Both the position numbers and the translations under genes were made by a program. A stretch of 53,992 nucleotides of DNA from Gaiellaceae bacterium (lineage in GTDB: Bacteria > Actinomycetota > Thermoleophilia > Gaiellales > Gaiellaceae): positions 1 to 53,992 of the forward strand of contig DASTYQ010000054.1 in assembly GCA_035764775.1 (NCBI GenBank), read 5' to 3'. Below the pieces are notes generated by a model. That model worked only from the letters and a program-made list of their open reading frames with translations. It searched no databases and had not been told where the DNA came from. Positions 8,967 to 17,301 of this stretch are shown here, piece by piece. Each line of letters opens with the position of its first letter. The first letter of the stretch is position 1.

Positions 8967-10085
8967 ATGGCTCCGACCCAGGCCGCCCTCTATCGCGAGC
9001 TGTCCGGCGAGCTGCGTCTCTCCTGGTCGGAGCGGGAGCTACCGGAGCGCGAGCGGACGAAGCACGTCCACCGCCTGCACCCGTATCTCGGCAAGTTCGT
9101 CCCTCAGCTCGTCGAGGCGCTTCTCGGCCGCTACGTGCGACCGGGGGGACGGGTGCTCGACCCGTTTGCGGGCTCGGGAACGACGCTCGTCCAGTGTCTC
9201 GAGTCCGGCTACGACGCCGTCGGCGTCGACGTCGCGGCGTTCAACTGCCTGCTCATGCGCGTGAAGACGGCCCGTCACGATCCGTTCCAGCTCGAAACGG
9301 AGGTCCGGGATGTGCTCGGGCGAAGCGGTACCTCGGCGCTGCGTTCTCGCGGATACGTCGCCGAGTGGTTCGCGCCTCAGGCAGCCGCCGAGCTCCTCCA
9401 CTTCCGCTCGCTCGTCGACGCGTACACGCACGCTGACGTCCTTCGCGTCGTCCTCGCGCGGGCTGCGCGGTCGGCGCGGCTGACGACGCACTTCGATCTC
9501 GACTTCCCGCGCACTCCCCGGCGTCAGCCGTACTGGTGCCACAAGCACCGGCGCGAGTGCAGGCCCGTACAGGAGGCCGCGAAGTTCCTCGACCGCTACC
9601 TGCTCGACACGCTCGAGCGGATCAAGGCGTTCCAGCGCGTGCGCAGCAGGTCGCACGAGGCCGAGATCGTCCACGGCGATTCGGCGGAGGTCGTGCTCGA
9701 GGGACGGTTCGACGCCATCGTCACGTCCCCGCCGTACCCCGGGCTCATCGACTACCACGAGCAGCATCGGTACGCGTACGAGCTGCTCGGGCTCGACGAT
9801 CGGCGTGACCGGGAGCTCGGTGCCGCGGCGCTCGGTACGAGCCGGCGGGCGCTCGAGGAGTACGTCGACGGTATCTCGCGGGTGCTTCGCGTCCAGTCGC
9901 AGCTGCTGGAGCCCGATGCGCCCGTGCTGGTGGTCGTCAACGACCGGCGCGAGCTCTATCCGGCCGTCCTCGAGCGGAGCGGTCTCGTTCTCGTCGATCG
10001 TCTCGAACGGCACGTCAACCGACGAACCGGGCGTCGTGCGGGCGAGTACTTCGAGTCGATTCTCGTGTGTGTACGAGAAACGTAA
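8967..10085 (+). CDS. SAM-dependent methyltransferase, probably an orphan N6/N4 DNA methyltransferase
   Basis: HPYLGKFVPQLVEALL...VLDPFAGSGTT (motif I, aa 65-73) lies upstream of IVTSPPYPGLIDY (motif IV, aa 254-257). No nuclease or specificity gene is adjacent. Confidence 0.75.
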   Translation: MAPTQAALYRELSGELRLSWSERELPERERTKHVHRLHPYLGKFVPQLVEALLGRYVRPGGRVLDPFAGSGTTLVQCLESGYDAVGVDVAAFNCLLMRVKTARHDPFQLETEVRDVLGRSGTSALRSRGYVAEWFAPQAAAELLHFRSLVDAYTHADVLRVVLARAARSARLTTHFDLDFPRTPRRQPYWCHKHRRECRPVQEAAKFLDRYLLDTLERIKAFQRVRSRSHEAEIVHGDSAEVVLEGRFDAIVTSPPYPGLIDYHEQHRYAYELLGLDDRRDRELGAAALGTSRRALEEYVDGISRVLRVQSQLLEPDAPVLVVVNDRRELYPAVLERSGLVLVDRLERHVNRRTGRRAGEYFESILVCVRET

Positions 10086-10114
10086 GGCGTCCGAGAACCG
10101 GCCGATACCGGGGG

Positions 10115-10120
10115 TAGCCT
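10115..10120 (+). promoter_or_regulatory. Candidate -10 box TAGCCT for the collagen-like gene
   Basis: TANNNT hexamer 38 nt upstream of ATG 10158. AAAGGGG SD lies in the leader. Confidence 0.3.
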
Positions 10121-10157
10121 GACTCGCAGGCAGGTCCAAGAGAAAGGGGTTGTTGAC

Positions 10158-10772
10158 ATGAGAAAGCTTTGGCGCAGGCCCTCGCCGGCCATGGTCGTCG
10201 CGTGTGTGGCGCTCCTCGTCGCCTTGAGTGGAACGGGAATGGCGGCAGCGACTCAGCTCGCGCGGAACAGCGTCGGGACGCGGCAGCTGAAGGACGGCGC
10301 CGTCTCGAATCCCAAGATCAGGAACAATGCCGTCAACTCCGCGAAGGTTGCTCCGCGCTCGCTTCTCCGCTCCGACTTCGCTCCGGGTCAGCTCCCCGCC
10401 GGACCGGTAGGTCCGCAGGGACCGGCTGGTCAGCAGGGCGCCGCGGGTCCCGCAGGTCCCGCCGGACCCGCCGGCGTGATCGGCCCGATCACGGTGCGTA
10501 CGGCGTCGGCCCTGGTCGATGGTGGTACCGCCGAGAACGGCGCGTACAACTCGCGTCGCGTCACCGCGATGTGCCAGGGCAACGAGCGGGCGATATCGGC
10601 CGGGACCTCGTGGAGCGACGACACGACCGGCCGCGAGCTCATGACCGGTGAACTCGAGCCGCAGCTCAACGCCCAGAGTCAGGTGGTGGGATTCCTCGGA
10701 GTCGGCCTGAACGACAGCGGCAACGACAGCACGTTCACCGTGCACGTCCTCTGTTACACGCCCTCCTCCTAA
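10158..10772 (+). CDS. Secreted or membrane-anchored protein with a collagen-like triple-helix repeat and a small Cys-containing C-terminal domain
   Basis: N-terminal hydrophobic segment MVVACVALLVALSGTGMAAA. Ten uninterrupted G-X-Y triplets (aa 82-111, nt 10401-10490). C-terminal domain of about 90 aa with 2 Cys. Confidence 0.7.
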   Translation: MRKLWRRPSPAMVVACVALLVALSGTGMAAATQLARNSVGTRQLKDGAVSNPKIRNNAVNSAKVAPRSLLRSDFAPGQLPAGPVGPQGPAGQQGAAGPAGPAGPAGVIGPITVRTASALVDGGTAENGAYNSRRVTAMCQGNERAISAGTSWSDDTTGRELMTGELEPQLNAQSQVVGFLGVGLNDSGNDSTFTVHVLCYTPSS

Positions 10773-10797
10773 TCCTGCGCATTTGACCCATTCGTGA

Positions 10798-10828
10798 CGG
10801 AGGCGGTCACCATGTGTGACCGTCTCCG
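10798..10828. terminator. 13-bp stem hairpin (one G-T pair) after the collagen-like gene
   Basis: CGGAGGCGGTCAC-catgt-GTGACCGTCTCCG. No U-tract. Confidence 0.35.
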
Positions 10829-10843
10829 CGTCACCGTGGGTGG

Positions 10844-12307
10844 GTGCTCGCTCGCGCGGTCACCCATGCGCTGGTGGGCCTCGAGCCGCGGCGGGTCGAG
10901 GTCGAGGCGCACCTGCAGTCGGGCATCCCCGGCTTCGCGATCGTCGGCCTCGCCGACCGCGCCTGCCAGGAGGCGAAGCACCGCGTCCGGAGCGGTGTCG
11001 TCTCCGCCGCGCTCGAGTGGCCGGCCAACCGCAGGATCACTGTCAACCTCGCACCAGCCGCGCTGCGCAAGGAGGGGTCGGGCTTCGATCTGCCGATCTC
11101 GCTCGCGGTCCTCGGGGCGACCAGACAGCTTCCGCCTGAACGGCTCGCCGAGCACGCGGCCGTCGGCGAGCTTGCGCTCGACGGCCGCATCCGGCCGGTC
11201 GCGGGGACGCTGGCGGTCGCGGAGGGAGCGCGCCGAGCCGGCCTGAGCCATGTCGTCTGTGCCGCCGAGTCGGCCCCGGAAGCAGCGCTCGCTGGCATCG
11301 AACCCGTCCCGGTGCGCCACCTCGGCGAAGTCGTGGCGTACTTCCGCGGCGAGATCGAGGCTCCGGCGTACGACTCGCTGGAGGAGAGCGCCGGCGAGCC
11401 TGCCTCGCCCGATCTCGCCGACCTCCGCGGACAGGAGCGCGCCCGGAGGGCGCTCGAGATCGCGGCTGTCGGCTCGCACAACGTGCTGCTCATGGGGCCG
11501 CCGGGCACGGGCAAGACGATGCTCGCCCGGCGGCTTCCCGGGATCCTTCCACCGCTGACGCGCTCGGAGGCGCTCGAGGTGACGCGGATCCACTCCGTCG
11601 CCGGGATGCTCCCGCAGGGAAGGGCGCTTCTGTCCGCGCCGCCGTTCCGCGCTCCTCACCACGGAGCCTCGGCGCCGGCGATCGTCGGCGGCGGCCCGAG
11701 CCCTCGACCTGGCGAGGTGTCGCTCGCGCATCACGGCGTGCTCTTCCTCGACGAACTGCCCGAGTTTCCGCGCTCGGTCCTCGAGTCGCTCAGGCAGCCC
11801 CTGGAGGACGGGGTCGTTGCTGTTGCGCGCGTCGGCGGGAGCGCCCTGTTCCCGGCTCGCTTCCTGCTCATCGGAACGATGAACATGTGCCCGTGCGGCG
11901 CGCGCGGCGATCCTGCCATGGAATGCGCTTGCACGGCGCAGCGCCTCGCCGCCTACCGAGAGAAGCTCTCTCGCGCGCTGGTCGATCGCTTCGATCTCGC
12001 CGTCGCCATGCCACGACCGCGAGCTTCGGAGCTCGCGGCGCCTCCGGCCGAGGCGTCAACCGCAGTCCGCGTGCGCGTCGTGGCCGCACGTGAGCGCCTG
12101 AGCGACGCAGCGCCGCGACGCACCGAGGCGGCGTCGCAGCTCCTGTCGAACGCGGTCGACCGGTTGCCGCTGTCTGGTCGCGGCCGTGCGCGTGTTGCTC
12201 GAGTCGCGCGCACCATCGCCACGCTCGCCTGCGCGGATGTGGTCGAGCCGGCGCACATCGCGGAGGCGCTCTCGTATCGAATTCCAGGCGACCTCAGCGC
12301 AGCGTGA
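10844..12307 (+). CDS. comM: YifB/ComM family Mg-chelatase-like ATPase
   Basis: MLARAVTHALVGLEPRRVEVEAHL... and GPPGTGKTMLARRLPGILPPL. Confidence 0.93.
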   Translation: MLARAVTHALVGLEPRRVEVEAHLQSGIPGFAIVGLADRACQEAKHRVRSGVVSAALEWPANRRITVNLAPAALRKEGSGFDLPISLAVLGATRQLPPERLAEHAAVGELALDGRIRPVAGTLAVAEGARRAGLSHVVCAAESAPEAALAGIEPVPVRHLGEVVAYFRGEIEAPAYDSLEESAGEPASPDLADLRGQERARRALEIAAVGSHNVLLMGPPGTGKTMLARRLPGILPPLTRSEALEVTRIHSVAGMLPQGRALLSAPPFRAPHHGASAPAIVGGGPSPRPGEVSLAHHGVLFLDELPEFPRSVLESLRQPLEDGVVAVARVGGSALFPARFLLIGTMNMCPCGARGDPAMECACTAQRLAAYREKLSRALVDRFDLAVAMPRPRASELAAPPAEASTAVRVRVVAARERLSDAAPRRTEAASQLLSNAVDRLPLSGRGRARVARVARTIATLACADVVEPAHIAEALSYRIPGDLSAA

Positions 12308-13158
12308 CCGAGATTCGGCGCATCCGGCGGCGAGACGCCGCGTTTCCGCCACTCCTCGCAGCGATCCACGATCCGCCGGCGCAGCTCTTCCTGCGTGGCT
12401 CGGCTGACGTCGCGCTGCTCTCGGAGCCGGCGATCGCCGTCGTCGGCGCAAGGGCCTGCTCCTCGTACGGCCGCTCCGTCGCGCGGTCGCTCGCGCGTGA
12501 GCTCGCGGGAGCGGGGCTCGTCGTCGTCAGCGGTATGGCGCGCGGCGTCGACGGCGAAGCGCACCGAGGGGCGCTCGACGCCGGAGGTCGGACCGTGGCC
12601 GTCCTCGGCTGCGGTATCGATCGCGACTACCCCGCCGCCCACGCCGAGCTTGCCCGGCGCATCGGCGAGCAAGGTCTCGTCGTCTCCGAATACGAGTCCG
12701 GCGTCGAACCGGCTCCGTGGAGGTTTCCGGCTCGAAACAGGATCATCGCGGGTCTCTGCGCGGGCACGATCGTCATCGAGGCGCGCGAGCGAAGCGGAGC
12801 ACTCATCACGGCCGACTTCGCGCTCGAGGAAGGTCGCGACGTGCTCGCCGTTCCAGGCGAGATCACGAGTTCGCTGTCCGCCGGCTCGAACGCGCTGCTC
12901 AGGCTCGGTGCGGTGCCCGTGACCTGCGCTGCCGACGTGCTCGAGCTCTACGCGATCCGGCCCCGCGCGCTCAGGCGTGCTCCGCTCGGGCCCGTGGAGG
13001 AGGCGCTGCTCGCCCAGCTCAGCGGCTCGGCGCTGACGGCAGACGAGCTCGTCCGCGCGACAGCGCTCGATCCGGGAGCGAGCTTCGCCGCGTTGTCCGG
13101 CCTCGAGCTCGCCGGACGCGTGACGTTCGAGGACGGTCTGTACCGCGCAGCGATCTAG
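12304..13158 (+). CDS. dprA: DNA-processing protein DprA
   Basis: AVVGARACSSYGRSVARSLARELAGAGLVVVSGMARGVDGEAHRGAL. Start overlaps the comM stop. Confidence 0.92.
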   Translation: MTEIRRIRRRDAAFPPLLAAIHDPPAQLFLRGSADVALLSEPAIAVVGARACSSYGRSVARSLARELAGAGLVVVSGMARGVDGEAHRGALDAGGRTVAVLGCGIDRDYPAAHAELARRIGEQGLVVSEYESGVEPAPWRFPARNRIIAGLCAGTIVIEARERSGALITADFALEEGRDVLAVPGEITSSLSAGSNALLRLGAVPVTCAADVLELYAIRPRALRRAPLGPVEEALLAQLSGSALTADELVRATALDPGASFAALSGLELAGRVTFEDGLYRAAI

Positions 13159-13161
13159 GAT
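13156..13161 (+). promoter_or_regulatory. Candidate -10 box TAGGAT, 8 nt upstream of ATG 13170 (leaderless)
   Basis: TAGGAT-cgcgggtc-ATG. The hexamer includes the dprA stop codon. Confidence 0.35.
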
Positions 13162-13169
13162 CGCGGGTC

Positions 13170-14312
13170 ATGGCGACGACGTCGTACTGGCTCGAGGAGC
13201 CGGCGCTCCCGCGCGCCACGCCTCGGATCCAAGGCTCGGTCGACGTCGCGATCGTCGGCGGTGGGATCACGGGCTGCTCGTGTGCGCTCGCTCTCGCCGA
13301 GGCGGGCAAGAGCGTTCGGCTGTTCGAGGCGCGTGAGATCGCCGGCGGCGCCAGCGGGCGCAACGGTGGCTTCGCGCTTCGTGGCGGGGCCGCCCCGTAC
13401 CCCGTGCTTGCGGAGTCGATCGGAGATGACGCGACGGCCGAGCTCTGGCGGTGGACCGAGTCGGAGCTCGAGCGGCTTGCGGCGCTGGCCGGTGACGCTT
13501 TTCGCCCGACCGGCAGCCTCAGGCTCGCCGTCGACGACGAGGAGCGCGAGGAGTTGCTAGAGGAGTACGAGGGTCTGCGTGCAGCCGGCTTCGCCGCGGA
13601 GTGGCGCGAGGACCTCCCGGCGCCGATCGATCGCTACCCGGCCGCGCTCTTCCACCCTCCGGATGGCGTGCTGCAGCCCGCGCGCCTGGTGCGGCGCATC
13701 GCGGAGCGCGCGGTCGCCGCAGGCGTGGAGATCAATGAGCGCACCCGCATCGAGTCCGCGGAGGAGACGGGCGCCGAGACCGTCGTCGTTGCCACGGACG
13801 GTTACCCGAGCGGTCTCCTCGGCGAGCTCGAGGGCCTCATCGTTCCGACTCGCGGACAGGTGATCGCAACGGAGCCGATCGAGGAGCTGCTGTTCGAGAT
13901 CCCCCACTACGGCCGGCACGGGTTCGACTATTGGCACCAGCGGCTCGACGGACGCATCGTCGCGGGCGGGTTCCGGGACGTGTCTCTCGACACGGAGTTC
14001 ACGGCCGAGGAGGTCACGACTCCAGTCGTTCAGGCGGCACTCGAGCGCTTCGTCGAGGAGCACGTCGGCCGGCCGCTGCGCATCGACTACCGCTGGGCCG
14101 GGATCTTCGGGATGGTGTTCGACTTCCTCCCGGTCGTCGGCCGCGTGCCGGAGGCGGACGGGCTCTGGATCGCGGGCGGCTACTCGGGCCACGGCAACGT
14201 GCTCGGCTTCGCTTGCGGCCGTCTCGTCGCTCGCGCGATCCTCGGGGAGAGCGACCGGATGCTCGACTTGTTCGAGCCCACACGGCTCCTCGGGGCCGTC
14301 CAGGACGCATAG
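13170..14312 (+). CDS. FAD-dependent oxidoreductase (DAO / glycine-D-amino-acid oxidase family)
   Basis: VAIVGGGITGCSCALALAEAG dinucleotide-binding motif. ORF 12717-14312 trimmed to ATG 13170; the upstream part overlaps dprA. Confidence 0.85.
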   Translation: MATTSYWLEEPALPRATPRIQGSVDVAIVGGGITGCSCALALAEAGKSVRLFEAREIAGGASGRNGGFALRGGAAPYPVLAESIGDDATAELWRWTESELERLAALAGDAFRPTGSLRLAVDDEEREELLEEYEGLRAAGFAAEWREDLPAPIDRYPAALFHPPDGVLQPARLVRRIAERAVAAGVEINERTRIESAEETGAETVVVATDGYPSGLLGELEGLIVPTRGQVIATEPIEELLFEIPHYGRHGFDYWHQRLDGRIVAGGFRDVSLDTEFTAEEVTTPVVQAALERFVEEHVGRPLRIDYRWAGIFGMVFDFLPVVGRVPEADGLWIAGGYSGHGNVLGFACGRLVARAILGESDRMLDLFEPTRLLGAVQDA

Positions 14313-14333
14313 AACCATCACGAAGGAGGAGCA

Positions 14334-15704
14334 GTGTCGACAACGTCTTCCGCAGTCCTGCGCACGCTCGGCGACGCGATCGCTGGAGACGTCGTGCTCC
14401 CGGTCGACGAGGGTTGGCAAGCCGCGCGCCAGGCATGGAACCTGACCGCCGATCCGCGACCTGCAGCAGTGGTGTATCCGGAGTCGCCGGCCGACATGCG
14501 GAGGATCGTCACCGTCGCGGCCGAGCACGATCTCCGGGTCGCCTTCGTCGCGGGAGGCCACAACGCCGGACCGATCGACTGGAGCCGCGACGCGCTTCTC
14601 GTCAAGACGGAGCGGATGCGGGAGATCGAGATCGACCCGGCCGAGCGCCGTGCGCGAGTCGGTGCCGGGGTGCTCGCGAAGCCGCTCGCCGAGGCGGCGG
14701 GCGAGCACGGGCTGGCGTTCCTGGCCGGGACGTCGCCCGACGCGGGCGTCGCCGGCTACGTCCTGGGAGGCGGCTTCAGCTGGATGATCCGCAAGCACGG
14801 GCTGGCCTGCAACAGCATCCTCGGCGTCGAGCTCGTCACGGCCGACGGACGGCTCGTCCGCGCCGACGCGAGCAACGAGCCGGATCTGTTCTGGGCGTTG
14901 CGTGGAGGGGGCGGCAACTTCGGCGCGGTCACCGCGATCGAGCTCGCGCTGTACCCGGTGGCCGAGCTCTATGCAGGCTGCCTGTTCTGGCCGATCGAGC
15001 GAGCTGCGGAGATCCTGAAGGCGTGGTTCGAGTGGACTGGGTCGGCTCCGCTCGAGTGCCACTCCATCGGGCGCATGCTGCAGCTCCCCGACGCGCCCTT
15101 CCTCCCGCCGCACCTGAATGCACGGTCGTTCGTCCTGGTCGAAGCAGCCCATCTCGGGTCGCAGGCCGAGGGCGAGGCGCTGCTCGCACCACTGCGTGCG
15201 CTCGAGCCCGAGTTCGACACGTTCGAGATGCTCCCGGCCGCGTCACTCAGCCTGGTCAACATGGATCCCGACTTCCCGCTGCCCTACGCCGGCGATGGTG
15301 CGCTGCTGTCCTCGCTGACCCCCGACCTGATCGACCGGCTCGTCGACTCGTTCGTCGGCTCGCCTGTGCTGCATGCCGAGATCCGGCACCTTGGCGGCGC
15401 CGCTGCCGAGGGCTCGCCAGAACACGGGGCGCTCGACCGGGTCGAGCAGCCCTTCGTGCTCTTCACGTTCGGACTCGCGTTCGACGCCGAGCAGCACGCC
15501 GCCGTAGAGCACCACGTCGAAGGGATCTTTGCCGCCGTCGAGCCCTGGAACTCCGGCAAGCGGTATCTGAACTTCACCGAGGTGCGCGCCGACTGCCGGA
15601 CGATGTTCCCCGACGACTGCTACGACCGGCTCCTGGCGATCAAGGCGGCGTATGACCCGGATGGGCGCTTCCTCGCCAATCACTCGATCCCCGCGGCGGG
15701 CTAG
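14334..15704 (+). CDS. FAD-linked oxidase (FAD_binding_4 plus a berberine-bridge-like C-terminus)
   Basis: VVYPESPADMRRIVTVAAEHDLRVAFVAGGHN. C-terminal YLNF...YDRLLAIKAAYDPDGRFLANHSI. GAAGGAGG SD. Confidence 0.85.
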   Translation: MSTTSSAVLRTLGDAIAGDVVLPVDEGWQAARQAWNLTADPRPAAVVYPESPADMRRIVTVAAEHDLRVAFVAGGHNAGPIDWSRDALLVKTERMREIEIDPAERRARVGAGVLAKPLAEAAGEHGLAFLAGTSPDAGVAGYVLGGGFSWMIRKHGLACNSILGVELVTADGRLVRADASNEPDLFWALRGGGGNFGAVTAIELALYPVAELYAGCLFWPIERAAEILKAWFEWTGSAPLECHSIGRMLQLPDAPFLPPHLNARSFVLVEAAHLGSQAEGEALLAPLRALEPEFDTFEMLPAASLSLVNMDPDFPLPYAGDGALLSSLTPDLIDRLVDSFVGSPVLHAEIRHLGGAAAEGSPEHGALDRVEQPFVLFTFGLAFDAEQHAAVEHHVEGIFAAVEPWNSGKRYLNFTEVRADCRTMFPDDCYDRLLAIKAAYDPDGRFLANHSIPAAG

Positions 15705-16636
15705 AGCTCGAGCTGTTGCAGGTCCAGCTCGCCAGCCTTCGCATAGGCCGCCTTCGCGATCGCGAGGTCCTGGATTGCGAGCCCGGTCGAGTCGAACAGC
15801 GTGAGGTCGCCGGCGCTGCGGCGGCCGTCGGCCGCGCCAATGAGCACGGCGCCGATCTCGGTGACGGAGTCGCGCGTCACGACCCCGGCGTCGACGCCCG
15901 CGGCGAGCTCGCCGCCGTGGCTCGCCTGCTCCCAGTCGTCGCAGAAGAGGTGCGCGCGTGAGAGCTCGGCGACGGCGACTTCCTCCTTCCCCGGGCCGTC
16001 CGCTCCCATGAGCGAGACGTGCTGACCCGCCTCGAGCGAGCCCTCCGGATAAAGGACCTCCGCGCCGGGCGTCACGGTGATCACGACTTCGCTCGCGAGC
16101 GCCTCTGCCGCACTCCTGGCCACCCGCGCTCCGATGCGTTCTGCGACGAATCGACGGCGACCCTCGTCGACGTCCCACACGGCGGGCGTGACGCCGTGCG
16201 CCACCAGCATGCGCGCGGTCTCGGCGCCGTTGATCCCGCATCCGATCACGGCGTACGACGACGCCTCGGAACGGCACAGGGTGTCGGCAGCGAGGACGCC
16301 TGCGGCCGCGGTGCGCAGGGACGTGACGGCGGCGGCATCCAGCACGGCGAGGAGACGCCCGTCCTCAGCGTCGGACAGCAGCACGAGCCCCGTGACCGTG
16401 GGCAACCCTCGCGCCGGATTCCCGGGGAAGGACGTGACCCACTTGAGCAGGGCGTGGCCCTCGCCGATGGCCGGCATCGCCCGGAAGTCGCCGGCCGGGT
16501 AGTTCGTGACATACACCTTCGACGGCATCGACCACGTACCGCGCGCGTGCGCCTCGAACGCGGCGCGCACGGCGTCGTACGCCTCGTGCGGCGAAACAGC
16601 TCGCTCGACGTCCGTCGCGCGGAAGACCGAGATCAT
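15701..16636 (-). CDS. Ornithine cyclodeaminase / mu-crystallin family protein
   Basis: MPSKVYV...FRAMPA...LKWVTSFPGNP...LDAAAVTSLRTAAA...IGCGINGAE. Confidence 0.85.
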   Translation of the reverse strand: MISVFRATDVERAVSPHEAYDAVRAAFEAHARGTWSMPSKVYVTNYPAGDFRAMPAIGEGHALLKWVTSFPGNPARGLPTVTGLVLLSDAEDGRLLAVLDAAAVTSLRTAAAGVLAADTLCRSEASSYAVIGCGINGAETARMLVAHGVTPAVWDVDEGRRRFVAERIGARVARSAAEALASEVVITVTPGAEVLYPEGSLEAGQHVSLMGADGPGKEEVAVAELSRAHLFCDDWEQASHGGELAAGVDAGVVTRDSVTEIGAVLIGAADGRRSAGDLTLFDSTGLAIQDLAIAKAAYAKAGELDLQQLEL

Positions 16637-16645
16637 CGCCGCAGC

Positions 16646-17269
16646 CTAGTCCGGCCCGGCGAGCGGCCCGACGAGGTAGCGCTGGAACGTCGGCGCGACT
16701 CGCGCGGCGAGCTCGTCGGCCGGCAGCGAGGCGAGCGGCTCGACGCAGACGACGTATCGCGCCATCACCAGGCCGACGATCTGCGAGCCCATGAGCGACG
16801 CCCGAAGCGCGGCGTCCTCTGTTCCGAGCGCACGCGCGATCGGATCGCGGATCCGCTGCTCGATCACTCCCCGGAGAAGCGCCGCCGCGGCCGGCTCGGA
16901 GGCCGCGGCGCGGACGATTGCGAGCACGCGCGTCCGCGCCTGCTCGTTCTCGAGGAGCCCGATCGCGAACGCTGCCACCCGCTCGCCGAGCGAGTCCGTG
17001 TCGCCGGCGAGAACTGCAGGAAGCGCCGTCTCGGGCTCGAACGGCAGCTCGATCGCGGCGATGAACAGCTTCTCCTTCGTCCCGAAGTAGTGCAGGACGA
17101 GGGCCGGATCGACGTGTGCTTCCCGCGCGACCGCACGCATGCTCGCCCGCTCGAAGCCCCTGGTGGCGAACAGCGTGCGGGCGGCGCCGAGGATCTCGCC
17201 GCGCGTGTCTGCACCCCCGGGTCTCCGTCCGCGCGGGCCCCCCGCACGCACTTGACTGGTCTCTACCAT
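16646..17269 (-). CDS. TetR family transcriptional regulator
   Basis: ILGAARTLFATRGFERASMRAVAREAHVDPALVLHYFGTKEKLF. Confidence 0.9.
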   Translation of the reverse strand: MVETSQVRAGGPRGRRPGGADTRGEILGAARTLFATRGFERASMRAVAREAHVDPALVLHYFGTKEKLFIAAIELPFEPETALPAVLAGDTDSLGERVAAFAIGLLENEQARTRVLAIVRAAASEPAAAALLRGVIEQRIRDPIARALGTEDAALRASLMGSQIVGLVMARYVVCVEPLASLPADELAARVAPTFQRYLVGPLAGPD

Positions 17270-17276
17270 CTGACAT

Positions 17277-17282
17277 AGAGTA
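17277..17282 (-). promoter_or_regulatory. Candidate -10 box TACTCT, 7 nt upstream of ATG 17269 of tetR (leaderless)
   Basis: Minus strand reads TACTCT-atgtcag-ATG. It overlaps a plus-strand TAGAGT (17276-17281) facing the ABC gene. Confidence 0.4.
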
Positions 17283-17301
17283 ATTCATCGGGCGATGAAT
17301 T
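17282..17301. promoter_or_regulatory. AT-rich 9-2-9 palindrome, candidate TetR operator
   Basis: AATTCATCG-GG-CGATGAATT in the 25-bp tetR/ABC divergent spacer. The right arm contains the ABC ATG (17295). Confidence 0.4.

Noticed and set aside
8967-10085. A restriction-modification system around the methyltransferase
   Set aside because: No endonuclease, specificity or helicase gene is adjacent. The neighbours are yraN (core) and a collagen-like surface protein.
10401-10490. A short tandem nucleotide repeat (GGTCCCGCAGGTCCCGCCGGACCCGCC...) that could be mistaken for a VNTR or CRISPR-like array
   Set aside because: It is in-frame coding sequence for G-X-Y collagen triplets. There are no spacers or repeat-spacer periodicity.
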